Assembly: GCA_963779415.1 (NCBI GenBank)
Contig: CAVZYA010000001.1
Coordinates: 1,280,001 to 1,344,000 of the forward strand
DNA from: an uncultured Acidobacteriota bacterium
GTDB lineage: Bacteria > Acidobacteriota > Thermoanaerobaculia > UBA5066
Reading direction: 5' to 3'
DNA length: 64,000 nt
The notes beneath the pieces are model-generated. The model was given only the letters and a program-made list of their open reading frames with translations. It did not search any database and was not told the origin of the DNA. The position numbers and the translations under genes were made by a program. This document shows, in pieces, positions 25,319 through 33,116 of this stretch. Position 1 is the first letter of the stretch. Every line of letters begins with the position of its first letter.

Positions 25319-25413
25319 TCTTCCGTAAACCGCTTCCCCTTCATCGAGCTCTCCTTCCCTAAGTCTATGGAGAACGCCAAACCGGATCCGGCTACTTCTC
25401 GGGGAGCAGGTCA
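25310..25413 (-). mobile_element. Left end of an IS3-family (IS407-group-like) element, truncated
   Basis: Begins TGACCTGCTCCCC at 25413; AAGGAG RBS, then ATG at 25344 reading MKGKRFTEE, a typical OrfA start (consensus continues QII). Confidence 0.7.
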
Positions 25414-25485
25414 TTGAAACATCAAGGGAAACTTCAAAAACATCGGCAGTTTGGTCGCGCCCGCACGGCGCGCGTGGATTGAAAC
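25414..25485 (+). CRISPR. Relic of a type I-C-like CRISPR array: repeat 3' end, one 33-nt spacer, one full 32-nt repeat
   Basis: TTGAAAC (25414-25420), AT-rich spacer 25421-25453, GTCGCGCCCGCACGGCGCGCGTGGATTGAAAC (25454-25485); no cas genes in the window. Confidence 0.75.
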
Positions 25486-25486
25486 T

Positions 25487-25551
25487 GTAGGGGACGGCCG
25501 TTTCAGCGCGGATGGCGCAGGCGGCCACGCTGGAGGGCAGCTCGTCCCCTA
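25487..25551. repeat. Imperfect palindrome, REP/MITE-like
   Basis: GTAGGGGACG...CAGCG-loop-CGCTG...CGTCCCCTA. Confidence 0.45.
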
Positions 25552-25624
25552 GGGATGCTCTTTTCGGAGGAGGAAAAGCGCCTCCTGGACGCTATGCTTC
25601 TGGCGGTACCGAGATAGGAGTGCG

Positions 25625-25900
25625 ATGGCCAGCAGGCTGAAGGACTAGGTCATCACGTCTCACGCTACTCTCCAGATGCGGCGTCGCGGCATCAGCGAGG
25701 GGATCGTCAGGAGAATCCTGAGCGCGCCGGAGCACCGTGAGTCCGTGGGGCCGGGTCGCGATGTCGTTCAGGCCAGAGCAGTGTTCGAGGGTAAGACCTA
25801 TCTCGTTCGAGTTTTCGTGGATGTGGATCGCCATCCCCCCGAGGTCGTGACGGTCTATCGGACCGGCAGGATCGAGAAGTACCGGAGGAACAAGCCGTGA
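25625..25900 (+). pseudogene. DUF4258 family putative toxin with an in-frame TAG at codon 8
   Basis: ATAGGAG RBS, MASRLKD*VITSHATLQMRRRGISE...LVRVFVD....VVTVYRT..IEKY. Confidence 0.7.
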
Positions 25901-26097
25901 AAGTCACCTACGATTCAAAGACGGACACCCTGACGGTCGTCCTGAAGGAGCGTGCCAGGGTGGCGGAGAGCGACGAGGACAAACCCGGGGTCATCCTGGA
26001 CTATGACGATCGCGGAAATCTCGTGTCGCTGGAAGTGCTCGACGCATCAAAACGCGTTACGGAAGCAAGGAAAATCGAGTTCCAGACGACGGCATGA
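25897..26097 (+). CDS. DUF2283 family protein (putative antitoxin)
   Basis: MKVTYDSKTDTLTV...ESDEDKPGVILDYD..GNLVSLEVLDASKR; GTGA overlap. Confidence 0.88.
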   Translation: MKVTYDSKTDTLTVVLKERARVAESDEDKPGVILDYDDRGNLVSLEVLDASKRVTEARKIEFQTTA

Positions 26098-26258
26098 AAC
26101 ACTTCTCGAAGAAGGTTCGAAGATCGAAGAGCCGAGCCCTGAAGCCGCCAGCTCCACCGCCGAAAGGTCGGACGCCCGGAAGCGCCCGCGGAAGGCTGAT
26201 CGTCCGGCCCAACTTCGACGATCCACTACCGAAGTCCATCCGCAAGAATTTCGAATAG
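26094..26258 (+). CDS. 54-aa VapB/DUF2281-like antitoxin-tail protein (not in ORF track)
   Basis: ATGA overlap with DUF2283; ends RTPGSARGRLIVRPNFDDPLPKSIRKNFE*. Confidence 0.6.
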   Translation: MKHFSKKVRRSKSRALKPPAPPPKGRTPGSARGRLIVRPNFDDPLPKSIRKNFE

Positions 26259-26294
26259 CCCTCGTCCCTGAAGTTCGGCCCTGCGAGTCGCGCG

Positions 26295-27059
26295 CTACGA
26301 CATCGAGCGAGTTTGGTAGCCGGCCAAGGCCCGAAGCTCGAATCCCGCTTCCGTGAGGGCCCTCCGGACCGCCTTCGCGTTGGCCGCGGCGCCGGGAGTG
26401 TCGCCGTGGAGGCAGATGGTCTCGACGCGGACGGGGATCCGCGTGCCGTCCAGGGCGACGGCGATGCCGTCCTTCGCGAGGGAGAGTGCTTTTGCCGCCG
26501 CCTGTTCCGGCGTCTCGACGAGGGCCCCTTTCATCCCGCGCGCGACGAGGGTGCCGTCCGCGTTGTAGCCGCGGTCGGCGAAGCCTTCCGCTGCGGCGCG
26601 CATCCCGAGCGCGTTCGCAGTCAGGAGGAGAACCGATCCCGGAGAGGAGACGAGAATCAGCGCGGGAGAGACGCGGCGCGCGGCTTGGGCGAGCGCACGG
26701 GCGGTGGCGGCATCGTGCGCCGCCGCATGGTAGAGGCCGCCGTGAGGCTTCACTCCGGCGACGGTAACGCCTTCCTCCCCGGCGACCCGGACGAGCGCCT
26801 CGACCTGCTCCCGGACGAGCCGCTCGATTTCCCTGGCGGGAAGCGCCATCCGTTTCCGGCCGAAGCCCTCCCGGTCGGGATACGACGGGTGGGCGAAGAC
26901 CGCCACGCCGTGAGCCTTCGCGAGGCGGACCGTGGCGCGCATCGTCTTCTCGTCACCCGCGTGGGCCCCGCAGGCGACGTTCACCGTCGTCACGTGCGGC
27001 ATCAGGGCCGCGTCGTCGCACCCCTCGCCGCCGTCGAAGTTCAGATCGATCGCCTTCAT
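26295..27059 (-). CDS. pxpA: 5-oxoprolinase subunit A (LamB/YcsF)
   Basis: IDLNFDGGEG, NVACGAHAGD, AHPSYPDREGFGR, VKPHGGLY, CLHGDTPGA. Confidence 0.93.
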   Translation of the reverse strand: MKAIDLNFDGGEGCDDAALMPHVTTVNVACGAHAGDEKTMRATVRLAKAHGVAVFAHPSYPDREGFGRKRMALPAREIERLVREQVEALVRVAGEEGVTVAGVKPHGGLYHAAAHDAATARALAQAARRVSPALILVSSPGSVLLLTANALGMRAAAEGFADRGYNADGTLVARGMKGALVETPEQAAAKALSLAKDGIAVALDGTRIPVRVETICLHGDTPGAAANAKAVRRALTEAGFELRALAGYQTRSMS

Positions 27060-27997
27060 CCGCGCCGGACCTCCTCCCCGAAGCTCCGGATTCTCTCTTC
27101 CTTCTCCGCGAGAAGGCGGCGGGCCTCGCCCGGCGTCGTCACCACGAAGCGGAGGGAAGCGCCCGGTTGCGCCCGGACGAGGAGGGCGAGATCCGCGGCG
27201 AGAACGGTGGCGATCTTCGGATAGCCCCCTGTCGTCGGCCGCTCCGAAAGAAGGACGATCGGCTGGCCGTCCGCCGTGATCTGGATCGCGCCGAGCGCCG
27301 TCCCCTCCGACGGCAGCTCCTCGATCTCCCGGAGGTCGCCTCGGACGGAAGGTCCTTCGAGTCGAAAGCCGATCCGGTTCGACTCCGGGCGGATCCGGTA
27401 CGCCGAGCCGTAGAACGTCCGGACCGCCCCGTCTCCGAAAAGATCCGCCTGAGGCCCGGGAAGGACGCGCACCACCGGATCGGCCGGGGCCGGGACTTCG
27501 GGGACGGCGAGGTCGAGGCGCGGCGGACGCTTCGGCGCCCCGACGGGAAGGAGATCTCCCTTCCGGAGGGGCCAGCCATGGAGTCCGCCGAAGCGCGCCA
27601 CGACGCAGGTCGAGCGGCTTTTGAGGATCTCCGGAACGGCGATTCCTCCCGCGACCGCGACGACCGCTCGCGCCGGGCCGATCCCCGGACTCTCCGCGCG
27701 CAGGACGATCCTCTCGCCGTCGCGAAGGACGGTCGCTCGCCCCGGCGCCGGCCCGAACGCTCCCCCGGCGACGGCGAGCGTGACGTCGCCTCGCGCCTCG
27801 AGAACCGGCCCCACGAGCGTGATCTCCAACCCTGCCGCCCCCTCGTCGTTTCCCGCGAGGAGATTCGCGAGGCGGAGCGACTCGGCGTCGAGCGCCCCGG
27901 CCGCCGGTATCCCGAGCGCCCCCCAGCCGGGGCGGCCGAAATCCTGAACGGTCGTCAGGAGCCCCGCCTCGCAGACGACGAGCGCCCGCTCCGTCAC
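27056..27997 (-). CDS. pxpC: 5-oxoprolinase subunit C
   Basis: GLLTTVQDFGRPG, ANLLAGN, SNRIGFRL, TTGGYPKIA. Confidence 0.9.
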   Translation of the reverse strand: MTERALVVCEAGLLTTVQDFGRPGWGALGIPAAGALDAESLRLANLLAGNDEGAAGLEITLVGPVLEARGDVTLAVAGGAFGPAPGRATVLRDGERIVLRAESPGIGPARAVVAVAGGIAVPEILKSRSTCVVARFGGLHGWPLRKGDLLPVGAPKRPPRLDLAVPEVPAPADPVVRVLPGPQADLFGDGAVRTFYGSAYRIRPESNRIGFRLEGPSVRGDLREIEELPSEGTALGAIQITADGQPIVLLSERPTTGGYPKIATVLAADLALLVRAQPGASLRFVVTTPGEARRLLAEKEERIRSFGEEVRRG

Positions 27998-28602
27998 AGA
28001 AGAAACCTCACGCTCTCGCCCGGCGCAAAGAACGTCGGCGGACGCCGGCCGGGATCGAAGAGCGTCACATCGGCCGTCCCCAGGAGATTCCATCCCCCGG
28101 GCATCGCGGCCGGATAGATGCCGACGTACGGTCCCGCCATCGCGAGGCTCCGCGCCGGGACGGAGAGACGCGGCGTCTTCCGCCGCGGTCGCCGGAGCGG
28201 ACGCGGCAGGCCGTAGAGGTAGGCGAAGCCGGGAGAAAAACCGAGGAAGCCGACGGTGTACGTCGGCGCGAGAAACCGCTCCCAGAACGCTTCCGGCGAA
28301 ATGCCGAGCGCCGAGGAGACCGGGACGACGTCCTCTCCGTCCGGAACGATCCGGATCTCGTGGAGGCGCGGCGGCGCCTCCGGGGCCGGCAGCCGCACCG
28401 CCTCGAGGCCCATGAGGACCCCCGCGTCGAAGGCCGGGCCCCCCGCGACGAAGAGGGTCCGGGCGGCCGGAATCACGTCGACGAGCCCCTCGGGAGAAAG
28501 CCCCTCGAGGAGGTCCGCCGCTGCGCGGGCGCGCTGGTTCGCTCGGCGCTCCTCCTCGTCGTCGAACGTCAGGATCCACGAGTACTCGCCGACCGCCTTC
28601 AC
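27994..28602 (-). CDS. pxpB: 5-oxoprolinase subunit B
   Basis: DVIPAARTL, GFSPGFAYL, PRLSVP, IYP..MPGGWNLLG. Confidence 0.88.
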   Translation of the reverse strand: MKAVGEYSWILTFDDEEERRANQRARAAADLLEGLSPEGLVDVIPAARTLFVAGGPAFDAGVLMGLEAVRLPAPEAPPRLHEIRIVPDGEDVVPVSSALGISPEAFWERFLAPTYTVGFLGFSPGFAYLYGLPRPLRRPRRKTPRLSVPARSLAMAGPYVGIYPAAMPGGWNLLGTADVTLFDPGRRPPTFFAPGESVRFLL

Positions 28603-29942
28603 GCGGCTCTCCTCTTCCACGCGTGGTGGACGACGGCTCCGAGGAGGACGAGAAGGAACCCGGGCCACGTCGTCCGCGGGCTACCGGCCGCGAGAAGGAC
28701 GACGATCGCCGATGCGAGGGCGACAAAGCTCCCTCCGAGAAGCGGCCATGCCGGCGTCCGGAACGGACGGGGGGCGTCTGGCTTCTTCTTCCGGAGGACC
28801 GGGACAGCGAGGACGACGAGGATCAGGATGAGGAACTCCACGGCCACGACGTACCGGAGGAGCTCCGAGTACGTCCCCGAGGCGATCAGAAGGGAGGTCC
28901 AGACGGCCTGGAGAACGAGCGCGACTCCCGGCACGCCCGCGCCGTTCAAGCGCGCGGCCGGCGCGACGAAGAGGCCATCCGCCGCGAGCGCGTACATCAC
29001 CCGCGCCCCGGAGAGGATCAGTCCGTTCGCGCAGCCGAACGTCGAGACGAGGATGGCCGCGGCCATCCACGCGCCGCCGCGCCCGGGGAGAAGCGCCTCG
29101 GCCGAGGCCGTTCCGACGCGGTCCGAGGCGGAATACGCGATTCCGGAAATACCGAGGACCTTGAGGTACGAGACGTTCGCAAGGACGTAGAGGACCGAAA
29201 CGAGCAGGCATCCCAGGATGAGCGCGAGCGGGAGCGTCCGCCCCGGATCTCGCACTTCGCCCCCGGGGAACGTGACGTTCGTCCATGCGGACTGCGCGAA
29301 CGCCGGCCCGACGAGGGCGAGAGCGAAGGCGAGCGCGAGCGCCCCACCGGAAGGCGCCGACATCTCCGGGCTCGCGCCGGTCGGCAGCGCGACCGTCCTC
29401 GGTGTCAGGAGGAAGCCGGCGAGCGTCAGGCCGAGGAGCGCCGCGTACTTGATCACCGTCAGGACGTTCTGCGTCCGCGTTCCCGTCTTCACGCCGAGGG
29501 CGTTCGTCCAAGTGAGAACGGCCACGACGAGGACCGCCACTCCCTTGGCGGCTCCTCCCGTCACCGACGGAACGAGGGCGCCGAGGAACTTCGAGAACGC
29601 GACGGCGACGGCCGCGATCGTCCCGGTCTGGACGACGAGGAGAAGCGTCCACGCGAAGAGAAAACCGGTCCGCTCGCCGTAGGCCTCACGGAAGAAGACG
29701 TACGGCCCCCCCGCGAGCGGGAACATCGCCGCCAGCTCCGCGCACGAGAGCGCCGCGAGGAGCGTCAGGAGCCCCGCCGCGCCCCAGACCGCGAGAAGCC
29801 TCCCCGGCGTCCCGAGAAGCCGCGCCGACTCGGCCGAGACGATGAAGATCCCCGAGCCGATCATGGAGCCGACGACGAGCGCCGTGGCGTCGAACGGTCC
29901 GATGACGCGCCGCGGCACGCCGGCTCCCCTTTCGTGCGGCAC
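28599..29942 (-). CDS. APC-superfamily amino acid permease
   Basis: VGSMIGSGIF, AELAAMFP.AGGPY, RPFRTP; multiple hydrophobic segments. Confidence 0.9.
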   Translation of the reverse strand: MPHERGAGVPRRVIGPFDATALVVGSMIGSGIFIVSAESARLLGTPGRLLAVWGAAGLLTLLAALSCAELAAMFPLAGGPYVFFREAYGERTGFLFAWTLLLVVQTGTIAAVAVAFSKFLGALVPSVTGGAAKGVAVLVVAVLTWTNALGVKTGTRTQNVLTVIKYAALLGLTLAGFLLTPRTVALPTGASPEMSAPSGGALALAFALALVGPAFAQSAWTNVTFPGGEVRDPGRTLPLALILGCLLVSVLYVLANVSYLKVLGISGIAYSASDRVGTASAEALLPGRGGAWMAAAILVSTFGCANGLILSGARVMYALAADGLFVAPAARLNGAGVPGVALVLQAVWTSLLIASGTYSELLRYVVAVEFLILILVVLAVPVLRKKKPDAPRPFRTPAWPLLGGSFVALASAIVVLLAAGSPRTTWPGFLLVLLGAVVHHAWKRRAA

Positions 29943-30032
29943 GGCCGGATTATCCCCGTCTCGTCAGAGGCGCCGTTCCGCGTCAGAATAGACGCCCCCC
30001 CGACGCACGGGGAGGGATCCCGGGAGGTTGTG

Positions 30033-30887
30033 ATGATCCTCGTGACAGGCGCGACCGGAAAGACGGGAATCGACGTCGTCCGCGGCCTTGCAATCGTCGG
30101 CGCGGGAGTCCGCGCCCTCGTACGCGACCCGGCGAAGGCGCCGGCGCTGCGGCGGCCCGGCGTCGAGGTCGTCGTGGGAGACCTCGAGAGACCCGACTCC
30201 CTCCATGCCGCTCTTCACAATGTCGAGCGGGTCTTCCTCTGCTCGGCGGTCGATCCGCGGCAGGTGGAGCTTCAGGGGAACCTCGTCAAGGCCGCAAAGG
30301 AAGCCGGGATCAGGCTCGTCGTCAAGCTCAGTGTGCTCGGCAGCTCGCTCGACAGCCCGGTTCCCTTCGCGCGCTGGCACGCCGAGACGGAAAAGCAGCT
30401 CATCGCGGCCGGCATTCCGTGGACCTTCCTCCGCCCCCATTACTTCATGCAGAACCTCCTCGGCTTCGTCCCCGTTCTCAAGGCGACCGGGACGCTCTCC
30501 CTTCCGATGAAGAGCGCGAGGTTCTCGCTCGTCGACACGCGCGACGTCGCGGCCGTCGCCGTCGAGACCCTCACCGGCGCCGGGCACGAGCGGAAGATCT
30601 ACGAGATCACGGGCCCGGAGGCTCTCGCCGGAGCGGATCTGGCCCAGAAGCTCGCGAAGGCGACGGGAAAGGCGATCCGCTACATGGACGTCTCCCCCGA
30701 CCAGGCGAAGAAGGAGATGCTCGCCGCGGGGTGGCCGGAGTGGCTCGCGGCCTCCATGACGGCCCTCTTCGGCGTCTTCGCGACCGGCCGCGCCGCCGCG
30801 ATCAGCCCGATCGTGGAGGAGCTGACCGGCTACCCGCCCCGCTCGTTCGACGACTGGGCCCGCGAGAACGCCGCCGCCTTCCGCTGA
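30033..30887 (+). CDS. NmrA-like atypical SDR oxidoreductase
   Basis: MILVTGATGKTG, WTFLRPHYFMQN, VDTRDVA, YEITGPEAL. Confidence 0.9.
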   Translation: MILVTGATGKTGIDVVRGLAIVGAGVRALVRDPAKAPALRRPGVEVVVGDLERPDSLHAALHNVERVFLCSAVDPRQVELQGNLVKAAKEAGIRLVVKLSVLGSSLDSPVPFARWHAETEKQLIAAGIPWTFLRPHYFMQNLLGFVPVLKATGTLSLPMKSARFSLVDTRDVAAVAVETLTGAGHERKIYEITGPEALAGADLAQKLAKATGKAIRYMDVSPDQAKKEMLAAGWPEWLAASMTALFGVFATGRAAAISPIVEELTGYPPRSFDDWARENAAAFR

Positions 30888-30893
30888 GGCGTC

Positions 30894-31604
30894 TCAGCTC
30901 CGGTGCGCGAGGAGGGCGGAGGCGAAGCTCTTGAAGATCTTCGCGCCGTCGGTGTTTCCGAGAAGCTCCTCGGAGCAGCGCTCGGGATGGGGCATGAGGC
31001 CGACGACGTTCCCCGCCACGTTGCAGATCCCCGCGACGTTCGCGAGGGAGCCGTTGGGGTTCCATTCGGGTGCTTCGTTTCCCGCCGGGTCGACGTAGCG
31101 GAAGACGATCTGCTCGCGCTCCCCCATCCGGCGGAAGGTCTCGGGGTCGGCCGTCCAGTTTCCGTCGCCGTGCGCGATCGGGACGCGCAGCACCTCGCCC
31201 CGGTTCAGGACGAGCGTGAACGGTGTCCGCTTCGTCTCCACTCGGAGAAAGACGTCCTTGCAGACGAACCTGAGCCCCGCGTTCCGGAGCATCGCGCCGG
31301 GAAGAAGCCCCGCCTCGCAGAGGATCTGGAAGCCGTTGCAGATGCCGAGGACGGCGCCCCCCTTCTCCGCGAACGCGGCCGCGGAGTCCATCGCGGGCGA
31401 GAATCGCGCCATCGCGCCGCTCCGCAGGTAGTCGCCGTAGGAGAAGCCGCCGGGGAGGATGACGAGGTCGGGGTTTCCGAGGTCCCTCTCGTCGTGCCGG
31501 ACGAGGCGCGCGTCGGCGCCGATGACGTTCCGGACGGCGATCACGGCGTCCTCGTCGCAGTTGCTCCCCGGGAAGAGGACGACCGTGACGCGGGGAGCCG
31601 TCAT
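30894..31604 (-). CDS. purQ: FGAM synthase glutaminase subunit
   Basis: FPGSNCD, PGGFSYGDYLR, GICNGFQIL, MPHPER. Confidence 0.96.
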   Translation of the reverse strand: MTAPRVTVVLFPGSNCDEDAVIAVRNVIGADARLVRHDERDLGNPDLVILPGGFSYGDYLRSGAMARFSPAMDSAAAFAEKGGAVLGICNGFQILCEAGLLPGAMLRNAGLRFVCKDVFLRVETKRTPFTLVLNRGEVLRVPIAHGDGNWTADPETFRRMGEREQIVFRYVDPAGNEAPEWNPNGSLANVAGICNVAGNVVGLMPHPERCSEELLGNTDGAKIFKSFASALLAHRS

Positions 31605-31858
31605 CGAGGCGCCCCGGCCGGGGCGACCTCCACGCTGAAGTCCTCGATGACCGGGTTCGCGAGGAGCTGGTCCGCGAGCTTCCGCGCGGCCTCGAGTGCC
31701 GCGGAGGCGTCTGTCGTCTCCATCTCGATCCGGAAGAGCTTCCCGGCCCGGACATCATTGACCGTGCCGTACCCGAGGCGGTGGAGAGCGTCGTTGATCG
31801 CCTTCCCCTGCGGGTCGAGGACCCCTTCCTTGAGGAAGACGCGAACGTAAACCGTCAT
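31601..31858 (-). CDS. purS: FGAM synthase subunit PurS
   Basis: LKEGVLDPQGKAI...LLANPVIEDF. Confidence 0.95.
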   Translation of the reverse strand: MTVYVRVFLKEGVLDPQGKAINDALHRLGYGTVNDVRAGKLFRIEMETTDASAALEAARKLADQLLANPVIEDFSVEVAPAGAPR

Positions 31859-32658
31859 CGGCCGATCTCCTCCCCTTCCGAGCTTACGCCGATCCACTCC
31901 GTCGCTTCGTCGTGGAGCGCGACCGAGACCGGGATCGAACAGCCCATCCCGCCGATCGCCTCGCGGAAGACCCGCCGCGCGAGGGCGAAGGTGTTGTTCT
32001 GCCGCGAGACGTGCAGGGCGACGACGGCCCGGGTCCTCTCGGTCACGAGGCCGAAGAGCCCTTCCGCCGCGTCCTCGTTCGAAAGATGCCCCACGTCGGA
32101 GAGGATGCGGCGCTTGAGGTGCGGCGGGTAGCCGCCGTCGCGCAGGAGGTCGACGTCGTGGTTCGCCTCGAGGCCGATCACCTCGCATCCCCGGAGCGCC
32201 CCGGCGACATCCGCCGAGAGATGCCCGAGGTCCGTCGCGATGCCGATCCGGCGCCCGTGCCCGTCCGCGAAGACATAGCAGACCGACTCCGTGCCGTCGT
32301 GAGGCGTCCGCGTCACGCGGACGAAGAGGTCGTGCCCAATCCGGATTTCGTCCCCGCCCCGGACGATCCGGATGTCGGCGAAGAGCGGCCCCGGGAGCCC
32401 CGCCGCGTGCGCCGTCCCTTCGGTCACATAGACGGGGAGCGGACGCTTCTTCGCGAGATCGAGCGCGCCCCGGACATGGTCCGAGTGCTCGTGCGTCAGG
32501 AGGACCGCCGCGACGTCGTCGAGCGAGAGCCCGCGCCCTTCGAGCCGCCGGACGGTCTGCCGGAGCGAGAGTCCGGCGTCGAGGAGGACGACCGTCCGCC
32601 CCGCGCGGACGGCTGCACAGTTTCCCGAGGAGCCCGAGCCGAGAAAGGTGATCTCCAC
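31855..32658 (-). CDS. MBL-fold hydrolase (YycJ/WalJ-like)
   Basis: GSGSSGN, THEHSDH, TDLGH, LEANHD, GHLSN. Confidence 0.9.
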   Translation of the reverse strand: MEITFLGSGSSGNCAAVRAGRTVVLLDAGLSLRQTVRRLEGRGLSLDDVAAVLLTHEHSDHVRGALDLAKKRPLPVYVTEGTAHAAGLPGPLFADIRIVRGGDEIRIGHDLFVRVTRTPHDGTESVCYVFADGHGRRIGIATDLGHLSADVAGALRGCEVIGLEANHDVDLLRDGGYPPHLKRRILSDVGHLSNEDAAEGLFGLVTERTRAVVALHVSRQNNTFALARRVFREAIGGMGCSIPVSVALHDEATEWIGVSSEGEEIGR

Positions 32659-32663
32659 GCCCG

Positions 32664-33116
32664 TCAGCTCCCCGTGCTCCCGAAGCCGCCCGTCCCCCGC
32701 GTCGAGACCCGAAGCTCCCCGGCCTCCTCGAAGAGGGCGCGCGAAACCGGCGCGACGACGAGCTGCGCGATCCGCTCGCCGCGGGCGATCGTCACGGCGT
32801 CCCCCCCGAGGTTGACGACAATTACCCCCACTTCGCCGCGGTAGTCGGCGTCGATCGTTCCGACGCCGTTCGCGAGGGCGAGCCCTTTCTTCAGCGCGAG
32901 GCCGGAGCGGGCGCGCACCTGCCCCTCGAAGCCTGCCGGAATCTCGAGGACGAGGCCGGTCGGGACGACCGCGCGAGCGCCGGGCGCGATCGTCATCGGC
33001 CCGTCGAGCGCCGCGCGGAGGTCGGCGCCCGCGGCCCCTTCCGACGCGTAGACCGGCGGCGCGAGGTCGGCGAACCTCTCCGCGATGCGGTACCGGATGA
33101 CGGGGCGCTCCGTCAC
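32664..33116 (-). CDS. dut: dUTP diphosphatase
   Basis: GADLRA, RSGLA, GTIDADYRGEV, RIAQLV, RGTGGFGSTG. Confidence 0.95.
   Translation of the reverse strand: MTERPVIRYRIAERFADLAPPVYASEGAAGADLRAALDGPMTIAPGARAVVPTGLVLEIPAGFEGQVRARSGLALKKGLALANGVGTIDADYRGEVGVIVVNLGGDAVTIARGERIAQLVVAPVSRALFEEAGELRVSTRGTGGFGSTGS

Noticed and set aside
25384-25420. A second, divergent full-length CRISPR repeat
   Set aside because: Sequence left of 25414 is better explained as an IS3-family terminal repeat followed by an OrfA start.
25172-25528. Intact 118-aa ORF upstream of DUF2442
   Set aside because: Its N-terminal part is translated CRISPR repeat, spacer and IS end; only the last ~48 codons are DUF4160-like.
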